Source: Balanoglossus misakiensis
Lineage: Eukaryota; Animalia; Hemichordata
NCBI GenBank assembly: GCA_040954595.2
Contig: CM082583.2
Span: 9,348,254 to 9,412,253 of the forward strand
Direction of reading: 5' to 3'
DNA length: 64,000 nt
The notes beneath the pieces were generated by a model that had not been told where the DNA came from, ran no database searches, and saw nothing but the letters and a program-made list of their open reading frames with translations. Positions 1 through 11,300 of this stretch are shown one piece after another (within the stretch, counting starts at the first letter, position 1; the number at the start of each line of letters is the position of its first letter). The translations under genes were made by a program, and so were the position numbers.

Positions 1-1114
1 CACCAAACAATGAGGAATGTGTAATCACTTTTCAAGGATGGATTCCGCAGAGATTAAAAAAAATGAAAGCTTCCTTCTTTTGTGTGTCATGTTTGCTTTT
101 GGCATAAATATCATTTGCAAGGTAGTCTGGTATACGCAGTGTCAGTCCTTGCGTTCAAGGAAATCAGTGGTTTGTGTGTCACGTGACACATTCGACAGAT
201 GGTACAGATTTGTCAGAGAGACTCTGTGGTTGAGATTGTGTTTGCTGCAGTGCAATGGTCAGTCAGGAATTCAGAGCCCCTTTTTTCAATAATTTGCAAG
301 TGTTTTGCACACAAACAAATCATTGTACGGAGATTTACTAAAAGGCTTTTGTGAAATACCATGCAGGCTTTGGTATTGGCATGATTCCCATGTACCGGTA
401 CATGTGATTGTGTCTTCAAGCAGTTTGTCAGGAGATAACATAAAACAGACACCAGACTTACTCTGACAAGTTACTGTATTTTGAATCATGGGAAAAGAGC
501 ACCTAGTTTGATGCCTCTGTCACGTCATGTGATATGGTAGGGACTATTTTCTGGGCGATTTGGGGATTGACAATTTCTTGCCACATAATACAAATGTGGC
601 AAAGTTCCAATTCTGTGCAATAGGACTGCTTCTCTATACTTTTAAAAAGTAAAGCGGTGACATAATGCGTGAGTCTGGCAAGATTCGTCAACTATTAGCT
701 GTGGCAGAGTGCTCGGAACACCAAAATGCAGTATCAATTGATAATTCGAACATGCCAATCTGCATGGACAATGCATTTGAATAATGGTGGACATTTCTGA
801 ATGGCTGCAAAATAACAAGAAATAACACCGATTTGGTTCTTTGGGGGATTTGTTTTGTTATTGCTGGGGTAACCTAATCCCCCAGGTGTATTACCCGGCA
901 AATTGAACACAATCGATACAATAAGTGGTTTCACCGTTGGAAAGCCGGAATTCTATACTCTCTGTACACAAGGTAATGGGGTTTCCAATTTCTACATGAG
1001 CAACCGGCGCGTTGCTGATCCGTGTAACTGTGAAACTCTGAAGATTCATCCGTACGTAGCCTTGGATGAAGGGGGATAGGCAGCAGACACTACTATGGGT
1101 AATCCGGATGACCT

Positions 1115-4100
1115 CTGAAATCACATAATTCTAGAATCAATAACCCAGATAGGTAGAGTACACCCAGCGGGGGAAAAAAGGGGGAAGTAATATTGATTTC
1201 ACTCAGCAGGTACATGTACATGTACAAAAACGGTGATCAACCGTCTATACATGTACACACCATAAATAGAACTGGAAGAATAGGAATCATTACAAAACAA
1301 TGAAAAGAATCAACATGCACGGCCATGGTGATTGGACATAACACAACGCGAAACCATATTTGGCAAGCAATGCCGGACTGTCAACCACTGTCTGTACAAT
1401 CTTGCGTCAAAACAGACTAATCAATTGAAATTTTCAATCACCAAGGACTACAAACAAAAATTCCCATTCACTAGATTGCAGAAAGTATGCATGACCCTCA
1501 TATTTCAATTTTTTTGTTCATAGTTTTTACGATCACTAGGTCATACCTGCTATAAAACTGACACTGTATCTGGAATCTAAGCATACTGAGTATTTGTTTT
1601 ATGACACTGGAAAAGCCTATTGTGACATTTACAAGGGCAACTGGTGAAGCAGACAGTTTTACAGTCTACCAGACAATCAGAAAACACACATTTATTCAAA
1701 CAGGGGTTGCTAGGACCACTTCTCAATAACGCCAATTGCAACTGCCGAGGAAACGAATACCACAGCTTAAAACTTAAAAGTCATCAATCTTATGGTCAAT
1801 AAAAATCTACCTTGTTCAGCAGTTCACCTTTATACAGAGCTACTGCAAGATGCATCATATTCACACTGTAACTGCTGTCGACTGCTGCGACAGTGTTGTT
1901 CGTGATATTTTGGCAATTATGACGAGTGCAACAAATATCAAGAATGAATGCTCAGATTTCTGTAGTTTTCCAGAACATTACTAGACTAAAATACGCTTGG
2001 GATTAGGGAAAAACTAAGCTGAGGTCTCTAGAGTTTATTAAAACATACAGAGGTTGCTTTTTTTCGATTTGATTACCACTAAAGTGCAGGAAACCAATGA
2101 GACAATGTACCGTCCCCCTTAGTCAGCATATCTTGTGAAGAATTGGCAACTAACCGCACACAAATCAAGAATGATGGATAAATCAAACTGGTTTTGTGTG
2201 GTTCCAGAAAATGTTATCCAGAGACTGGGTGGACATTTTGACCCCTGTACAAGTGAAAAAAAGACCAAAAACATTCACAATGTCTACATGTAAACCAGCA
2301 GTTTCAATACCCGAACAATGCAAGAGTCCGGAAGGGGGGTGGAAGAATGACTAAACCAAAAATAAACATTACCGGTCCTGACCTGAGGACTTGTTTGTAA
2401 TGTAAGGACACGTACAGTTTAAAACGTAAGCCTGCCAGAGGCAGGAAAATCATTGATTTTCACTGAAAATCAGTGATGTTATGAAAAAAATATCAAAATG
2501 TAATATGAGACCAAAAACCTCACCTTTGTAAAGACTGCATATACACTTCGAAGCCAGACAATACACAAAGTTTATGAACGGAACAAAACTTTTGTAATTA
2601 ACTTTTTCAAAAACTGAAATGTTAATATTTTTTGTCTTGCAGTGCACCTACCTACTGGAATGGAATGTACATTGCTGGTAGCAAGCATCGTTTTAAAATA
2701 ATCTGCATCTAAAGCCAAACATAAAATGTCAGTTAACCCATTAAGCAAGTTTGTGCATGTCTGCACAGTTGGCACAAAACTTAACTCGCATTAAAATTAC
2801 TTTTATAGTGAACAGTTGCTTTTCATCAGAGACAGGTACATATACGTACAAGTTGAAAATAAAATCTCTCACACAGAACAAGTTGTTTGGGCAGATTTCT
2901 GGAGATGAACAGTCATGGCGACTGAACAGCTGCTCTTGATGTCTAATACATGTACATTCTGAATTACACGCCTATTCATTTCTTGTACAAAGTAGAAATT
3001 GATTTCCACAAGAGTGTCTATTCTCATTCAAATCGCAGAAAAGCTGTTGTGATTTACCCATTTTTATCAGACTCAAGCCAATCTGATTTATGTTTACTGG
3101 CATTGTTGAACCAAGTTTTATTAACTTTTCAAACTTCCCTCCGTGCCGCGTGATTGGTTAGAAGGGAATTGACGTCTTTGCCCAACCCTGAGGCAAAGAT
3201 TAAGATCAGGGCAGACCGACTGGACTCAACTTGAATCACCATGGAGAAATTTCAATAGAAACACACTGCTTGGGTGTCATACCTGCCGGCAGTGATTTTT
3301 TAAATGAATGACGAGTAATATAAATACAGTCTCCATGACAATTTAAAGAACCCACGGGCAGAATGAAACACAGCACTACATCTTGATTTACCAAACAGGT
3401 ACTGAACGTTGACAGTTATGTTTTCGGGTTAAAGTGACCCTAACATGAACTGAAAGAAAACTGGTGTGTAGTTACTACAAAGAAGGCTGGCAAAAGAAAT
3501 AAATAACTGTCACGGTTGATTAAATCGCCACCATCGCTGAGGCAAGCTGTTTTGAACTGGTGTAACTGAAATAAATTCGTGTTGAGGTTCAACCAAAAGG
3601 AAAAGTAGTCCAAATGTGAAATTACTCAACTGATATACACCGTGGTTTGACACATGACAACAAAATATATATAAACTGTACTTTCTTGTTATATAGGTCA
3701 AAAGTAACATTAGTATGCATATATTAAAATAATTCATCAAAACAACATCCACTAAATCACTTAAATTGTTCAATACATGTACTTGACCCAATCTGAATGA
3801 GCACTTTAATGGCTGAGGTTCGAAAGGCAATCAATTTTATGGAACATCACATGTCACTGCCATATTTATTTCACATGAATATAACTAGGTGAAGGTGAAA
3901 AACTTGTGAACTAATTTTGATGTTAGAAATCCGTTGATCCATGTAGTGGATCTAAACTGTTAAAACGCGTTGAAAACAGATTTTGGCACCAGTTCAACAT
4001 TGTTCAGTTTGCTGATGTACCAAAAAAGTTGGCAACAAAAGTCATGTTCATTTCATGTTCATTTCTTTATTTTCTATTTCGAGTTCAGATTCTGAGCGGT

Positions 4101-4480
4101 CGACGGCAAAGTAAATGTGAACGCGACGCTAGGAAACAAAAGAAACGGTGATAATGAAGACGTAATTATCTGTCACACGGACGCTTCTGTGATCATTGAC
4201 GATGGAATCCATTACTATAATACTAATTTACATGTAAAAGTTTGCGTTGATGAACCCAGCTGGCTGATTTTGTCTCTCGCTTTCTGGTTGGCTGAAACGT
4301 TCTATTCAACCCACCTGTTATCAACATTACTTTTATCGTGACTACGTCGCTGACATAAAGAAGATCTATGCGTTTAACACCTACCTGTTCAATATGATAC
4401 TACCGATCTTCACGTAATACAGACCTAAGAATTCACTGCAGGGATCAAAGATTTCACCGGCCGGCCCGCCATTCTTTTGA
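1115..4480 (-). ncRNA. Probable multi-exon non-coding transcript (lncRNA or snoRNA-host-like), or a long spliced 5' UTR, divergent from COG1
   Basis: Paired - strand splice sites define small exons: ~4480-4385 (CAG|GTAGGT), 3449-3283 (ttttctttcag / CAG|GTATGA), possibly 2958-~2875, 2708-2652 (branch-like CTGAC, ctttag / TAG|GTAGGT), 2431-2383 (ttttcctgcctctggcag / CAG|GTCAGG), 1985-1811 (attttag / AAG|GTAGAT) and ~1576-1547 (CAG|GTATGA), followed by an acceptor near 1131 or 1115. Exons 3449-3283 and 1985-1811 have stops in all three frames. The first ATG gives only a 15-aa ORF. Confidence 0.5.
3067..3242 (-). ncRNA. Candidate intronic structured RNA with box C/D-like ends (176 nt)
   Basis: It begins AUGGUGA (C-box with one mismatch) and ends CUGA. 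The closing stem GAUUCAAGUUGA/UUGGCUUGAGUC has 12 bp including 4 G-U pairs. Internal hairpins are UCUUUGCCU/GGGCAAAGA and UUCCCUUC/GGAGGGAA. The wobble pairs work only on the - strand. Confidence 0.4.
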
Positions 4481-4720
4481 ATTAGTCAATATGTAACTTG
4501 TACGCAAACAATACTTGAATTGCTTCATATTATGTTAGAAGATGGTTCAAATTAACGAATAAATGCCTTATAATTATAATAACTTCTTAAACTGCTAAAT
4601 ATTTTTTCTTCCATGCCTTTATTTGCAAAAAATCAAGAAATGTCTACTCGTCAGGAAAAAAATATTTGTACGAGGATACTTTTTTACCCATGAAGCATCA
4701 GGAAAAATGGCGGCGCTCAA
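4460..4720. promoter_or_regulatory. Probable bidirectional promoter shared by COG1 and a divergent - strand transcript
   Basis: An AT-rich core is flanked by mirror-image YY1-like motifs, each containing an ATG: AAAATGGCGG at the COG1 start (+) and AGAATGGCGG at ~4475-4466 (-). CpG density is locally elevated over ~4080-5050. Confidence 0.55.
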
Positions 4721-5176
4721 GCTTACGGGTACGTGTCTGCTATCGAAACTTATTGCAATTTTAAGGTTGACTAAGCGCCGATTCAAAGTTTTGCGGTGGT
4801 TTTATATTCTTAACAATACGGTGTACCCGAATGTCCAACTAGCTTAAATATTTTCTTTGTCGATCTCCGACGTTGGAGCTTTGAAGTATCGATCGATGTG
4901 ACACGCCCACTTTCAGGCACGTAAACACTGCCACGTTGCCGTTGGAGGCAATGTTTACATACGTGATATTGGTTGCAGATCTATGAATGAGAACACCGTT
5001 TAGCACGGTATTCCGCTAAACAGAAATATAGATAGTGAGTGTCGGCTATCTTTGATTTCCCCCTTGCTTGATTTACAGCCAGCGCTTTGCTGAACCTGGA
5101 TACTAATGCTTTATTTGAGAAACATAATATTGATGAAATCAGGAAAGTTGAAAAGGACACAAGGTGGGTTAATAGT

Positions 5177-5211
<35 letters not shown>

Positions 5212-5215
5212 CTAC

Positions 5216-5301
<86 letters not shown>

Positions 5302-5335
5302 CTACCATCATCATCATCATCATCATCATCACTAC

Positions 5336-5382
<47 letters not shown>

Positions 5383-8300
5383 CTACCATCATCATCATCT
5401 TCATCTTCATCATTGCCATTACAATTATCATAGAGGAGCCAGAGGATGGTCAACTAATAATGGAAACTGCATAATAAAGCGATCTGTTTATAAAATATAT
5501 CATAGTGTATTTTAGCCGTAGGGCACTATTTGTACAAATGGGATGGAAGGTATTTCTTATGCTTCACATTTGTAAAAAAAATCAGTAAACAATACATCAA
5601 AAGTTATGAGGCTCACACACAGTGAAAAACACTGATAAGTTTCCAGGTTCTAGAATTACACATATCTGTATCATATTCATTTTAATCTGTCTGCTGTAGG
5701 TTTCAGATTGAAAAGAAGAAAGAGGATCTAAGGTTGATGGTCGGGTAAGTTTACTGTGGAATCTCGATAGCCGTGAGAGCGTTGATGCGAAAGAATAGTT
5801 TTGCATCAGTAACTTTTGCCATGCAGTATTTCTGCTGTTCACAAAGTGGATCAACTTCATGGAGACCCAGAAAGTTATTACTCAAAAGTACCAGATGTTA
5901 TGAATGTGTACATCAGTGATCATTCTAAAAAAAAATTCTTTTTCTTCCAGAGAAAGATACAGAGATCTGATAGAGGCGGCTGATACGATTGCCGACATGG
6001 GAAGATGTGCACAAAATGTAAGAATCAGTTAAAATAAGACATTTACACTTGTACATAATGAGTGTTCATATTCAGTCTTCAATGTTTTGTAAGCAATCAA
6101 CACAGTGAACAACAACTGCTACATTGTTCACTGTCGGTGCAAACCTTGGAGATGCCTGTTCATATTCAGTCTTCAATGTTTTGTAAGCAATCAACACAGT
6201 GAACAACAACTGCTACATTGTTCACTGTCGGTGCAAACCTTGGAGATGCCTACTGACTTTCAGATAGTGATACAGCAAAAGATTCTTAGGCTGAAATTAC
6301 ATACTCTTTGTGTGGTCATCAAAACACAAAATATTCATTTCATTGTAATTTTCGTAAACACCCATCCAACGACCTTTCAAAGCACACTTTTTGAGTACAT
6401 GTACTACCAAATCTCCTTCACTTTCCACCTTGACGGAAAATATCTGTATTACAGATTGTCTCTGCTGTACAAGGAATGCAGGAGTATTGCACCGACTTAC
6501 AGAAAACCCACATGACAAAGGGTCTGAGTGGAGACAGATCCAGACTTACTCAGCAGAGGTACCAGAAATCACTGTTTTCTTCTAGATTTCACTTATCCGT
6601 AATGTAATACATGTAAACACCTTGAAGGTTGACTGACGTAAAATTGGTAATGTTAGATGCATTTAATATGTTCACTTTGCAGGCATGTACCGACTGGTTT
6701 CTACAGCATAGCGTCTCAAATCAAGCTGTTGGTAGACATGCCAGAAAAGGTAATGAAATTTATATTTATTCACCAATAGATCTATCCTCCAATTCAAAAT
6801 TAGCTAATAAAAATGCACACATCAGCAGATTTAAGATTTCATAAACCCAGATAACTTTTCTCCAACAAAAATAGACTAACTCCTTTCATCCTACCTGACA
6901 GATCTGGAGTGCCATTGAAGATGGCGAGTTACTGCGAGCAACTCAGTTGTTTCTTCTGTCCAGACACATTGTCAGCAGTCTACAACTGGACGCCAACACA
7001 CAGAGATCGGCTCAGATATTGTCCTGGTTCCCAATCCTATCCAGACAGTGGACGGCCATCAGTCACTTCAAAACTGCCATCCTGCAGGTAAACTATGTTT
7101 CACCAGGTGCCTGTCAAAGTAAGACTGCCTCTATAGGAACCATCTTTCTTGATTTTTGATTATCAACAATTTGTGAAACTTATTCGTGATCACGTTTTCA
7201 CATCAGAACATGATGATTCATTTCACAGAGCTGCAGATCTGTTCTCAAAGATACCAGAATGTCAGAACAGGTGAGACTAGAATTATTTCATTAATTAATA
7301 AACCTCGATAAAGAGATTTCAAGGACAAAATACAGTGTGGACATTTCCTTCCAGTTTACCTTGATAATTAGTTTTCAAGGCCAAAAGAGCAGAATGCCAA
7401 ATTAAGTCCATTTTTTGCAGATTTTCCTCAGTTTTGTCAACTTGAATGGTGAGTCATATCCTGTCTTCAAAATCCTACCTAGATTGAAATGACTCATTAC
7501 CAACTTCATCAAATTTGTTTCTCACCCAGGCCACAGCAAAGTCTCTGTGTTCAATCCTGCTGCTAGAGGACAGCACACCAAGACAGGTCTTCACTGAATT
7601 TTTACTGGCCAAGAAGGTGAGGGGTGATTCGGCTGTGGGGTGTGAAGAAAACCCCAAAGTGTCTGGTCTGTCACATACATGTACCCTTGCTGCAGCTTTG
7701 TTCATAAGGGTTGGTGATTGGTTGTGGTCTTCGAACTTGCTCAGAATGGGTTTCTAGCGTTTGTCTGTGCCACTCTATGGGAAAAGACAAAATCATGTAT
7801 ATCAGCACATCTTTAGTTAGGGATCTACTGAATTGTTGTGTCCCCTTGCTGTGAATTTTACCTATGATTAATAATAATAAGAGTTTTTGTTTGGTTCCTC
7901 TTCTCAGAGCGCTGTACAACAGTTCTTCCAGCCGTACCAACCAGGTATGTCATCTATTATATTGTCCATTTGATTCTGGTGATTAAAGTGTAGGATAACC
8001 TACCTGTTTTGTTTGAAACCCGACATATATTTACTACGGTGGTATTTTAATAAAACATTCTCTTTTGAAAAACCAGGCAGCAGTATCAAGTCTCAAGTAA
8101 GTGGAGTGATCGAGTTGATATGTACAACAATCCAGCAGATCTATGCTGTGTTCTATAACAGTGATGATGAAAGCAGAGGTAAGTGTTAGAAATACAATCT
8201 TCTCTACACTCCTGCATTTGAACAATTCAGTGTTACATTGTATGCCTACAAGCAGAAATGAGTCTGTGAGCAATACATATTCTGATCATGTTATGTAATA

Positions 8301-11300
8301 TTACTTTTGCAGAGCATTGCAATTTACTGATGCAGATCATCCATGAAGTTACAGACGATGGGAAGAAAGGTAAACAATGTCAGTGTCTCTAAGTCCAGAG
8401 TGTGTTTTCCCCTGATTTTATTTTGTGTGGTGGTGCTGTGCTCTGTTTGGGGGCGTCAGTATACAGACAAAGAAACAGACCAGAGCAGCAAACTGGGGAC
8501 TGTGAGAGAGTCTACCCACACCGCCTGGCAGTGAATCGGGAGGTTAGGGTTGGGCACCTCTGTTTACACCAATACCGATTTCACTCACAGTACTGAGATA
8601 TGTGAACCTGTTTTATTTATTTGTTAAAAATTCAATTTGTGTGTTATTTTCCTCAGGGAGCAGCGATATTTTCACCAAAGACATGGGGTCTGGTACGTTT
8701 GCCAAGTATCTGCCTGAATCAATCACAGGTATGACATTCAAATTGTTCTGACCTCGTTTATTGTTATAAGACTCATTGAAAAATGCACAACTGATATTTA
8801 AAAAGGGAAAGATATGATGTAAAACATGTACAGTCGACTGGATCATATAAAAATATGTCTTACAAAAATGTCAGTAACATAGCTCATTTAATTGTTTCAT
8901 TACACTCGGTGGACGTAATGGTTAGTTTTTACAAGACTGCAGAGTGAGGGCAGTGTTCATTTAAAAAGAAACCAAACACGTACAGATGATATGTATGAAA
9001 CTACAAAGACTTCTCACAGTCAGATGTGCTCGAAAGATTGACACTGTTGCATGCAAGTCACTTTCGCTGACAATAAAACACCCTTCCCCGATCCTAAAAT
9101 TGTCATTTAGATTTCCGGCCAGTACTGAGAACCTTGGCCAGTCCAATATCTGCAGAGTATTTGCAGAAGAGCTGTCAGGAGTGGATAGATACATGCATCC
9201 ATGATATCAATATCGGGGTAGGCAAACTGTTCAGCTATGTCACAACCATCAAGGGACTGACTGGTATTAGAGATGCATTATGGGAACTGCTCTGCCAGGT
9301 AAGCTCAGCCAATCAGAACATCTCCTTTGGCACATGAACGTGAATATTAATGAATGGAGCCAATGATCAGTGATGTGGGTCATGAAAAACAAAGGCAAAA
9401 TAAAATCTTTTGACCCCTTAACTTAAATGTCGGTGAATCAAGCTGATGAAAGTATGATATATTTGGGCCATTGCCTCATGTCAACTTTGCGAGAGTGTTG
9501 CTTTTGGCCAGTACAAGGGCAACATACATGAACAATGTACTTCATGATTATACACATGACAAGCAAAGAACAGTGTCTCACAAAGGTACAGTGTATAGAT
9601 GTAGCTGATAGCTGAGGCTTTTGATACAGCCATTCTGAATGGCTATATCGCTTGGAGATGCTGATGTAGGTCACAGTGATGAGTTTACTCCAGTGCAGTA
9701 ACTGTGCCCCAGATACCATCACGAGAGAATGTCACAATCCGAAGAGAGTCACACTGTCTGGGCTGACTGCCTGGCATACTTTGCGTGTGCAAAGCCCTGG
9801 CATATGAGCCCTGGCAGCAGGTGTGTGGGCTTAAAAATCTCTCTTTACTGAATCATAACATCGAGACTGCGGATTATTCCCTGGCAGCTGCATGCCGTGT
9901 TTTCTATTTTGGTGCGTGAAATATAGCCAGGCAGTAAATAACAGGGGTTTTTCTCTTCGTCAGTATGTAACAGAAAAACATGTCTGGGGGTGTCGGCTTT
10001 CGTTTGTTCGAATACCCGATAATTCGGCAGAAGTGGGTTTTGCTCGCCTCATATTTTGTAGAGGTTGCCTTGACGGTAGCAGCTGTTGGGCAGTGCCAGT
10101 ATTTGGGATGATGAGCTCATTAAGAAATAGTTGACAGTGTTTCGAAAGCAGTAAACATCATCGCAGTTGTTGGGGGACGTGAACCAGCATTCAGTTCATA
10201 TTTGTTTGGCGCTACGTGTAGAGATTCATTCTAAGACAGAAGTGAGTCCTTCAGTGACACACTTGTGTGTATTGCTCTAGGCTTTCTGTGAAGAATCAGT
10301 TTTATGTCAGATCTCCTTTCTACATCATCCTTATTTTCCGATTGATGTGGAAATAATAAATAACAGAAGAATCAAATTTAACTGTATACATATCATTACA
10401 AAATCATTACCCAAACATGCGTGTACTGTTAATTAATTCTGTTTTGAAAAGTATTATTACAACTAGAACGGATTCGTGTGATTTTAAAGGGTGTATTTTT
10501 GTCCCATCAAATTCCTTTTCTGCTGTCACAGTTTTGGGATAAGGATGAAGACAAGAAAATGTTAATAATTGGCAACAGAGAGAAAGAAGATGTAAGCAAG
10601 GTGTGGTAGGCAGAGAAACTGCATGCAAAAACTGAGACCTTCAGTTTCATGATATTTTATAGAGATTGGTAGAGATGAATTTCAGAAACATAAGGTTACT
10701 GGGTGCTGGTTAGGGGCTATGGATGGCAGTGTATCAACAGCACAGTGTGGTTGGTGCCATGGTTTTCCAGTATATTCTCCGGATGTTTTCTCTTTTTTGC
10801 ATGCTGGAATTGTGCATTCATCACCACATAGTAAAATGCATGTTGGTCGGTTGGTGAAGGATAACAAAATGAACTGCTGTTGTTCATATAGTGGAGTGAC
10901 TTTGTTTGGTTAGCACTCTGTATAACAGCTTTACCTTAGAAAACAGTGGATTTGGACCGAACCATGGTGGTGAAAGGGTTAAGGGTATATGCACACTAAT
11001 TGTTCTATGTATATTAATTTTGATTCCTATCTATTGGCTTTCAACGCAGGACAATTATGCTGTGCCTTGGAGAACTGTCTGTACCAGTGTTCTCAACAGG
11101 CATCTCTCTCCCTGGGATGAGTTCATCAGACCGTTATTTCTGACAAGAGCCCAGGTAAAATATGCAAACTTGCTACATGATTTTGAATCCACCTTCACCA
11201 GGGTATTTCCACGAGAAAGATTTAGTCACTTCTAAGTAGGACTCAAGGGTACATGTACATCATTAGTATCTTTCTCCTGCAGACTATCATTCAAAATATG

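Noticed and set aside
734-1124. - strand ORFs of 77 and 66 aa as the CDS of the divergent gene
   Set aside because: They have non-ATG starts and no recognisable domain, and the upstream exons are closed in all frames.
4080-4200. - strand ATGATCA...CTGA as a C/D snoRNA
   Set aside because: The C box is degenerate, there is no convincing terminal stem or guide, and the CpG richness is explained by promoter proximity.
5087-5515. Poly-His, poly-Ile, poly-Met and poly-Asp ORFs
   Set aside because: These are artefacts of the intronic (CAT)n tract. Only 5079-5163 is a COG1 exon.
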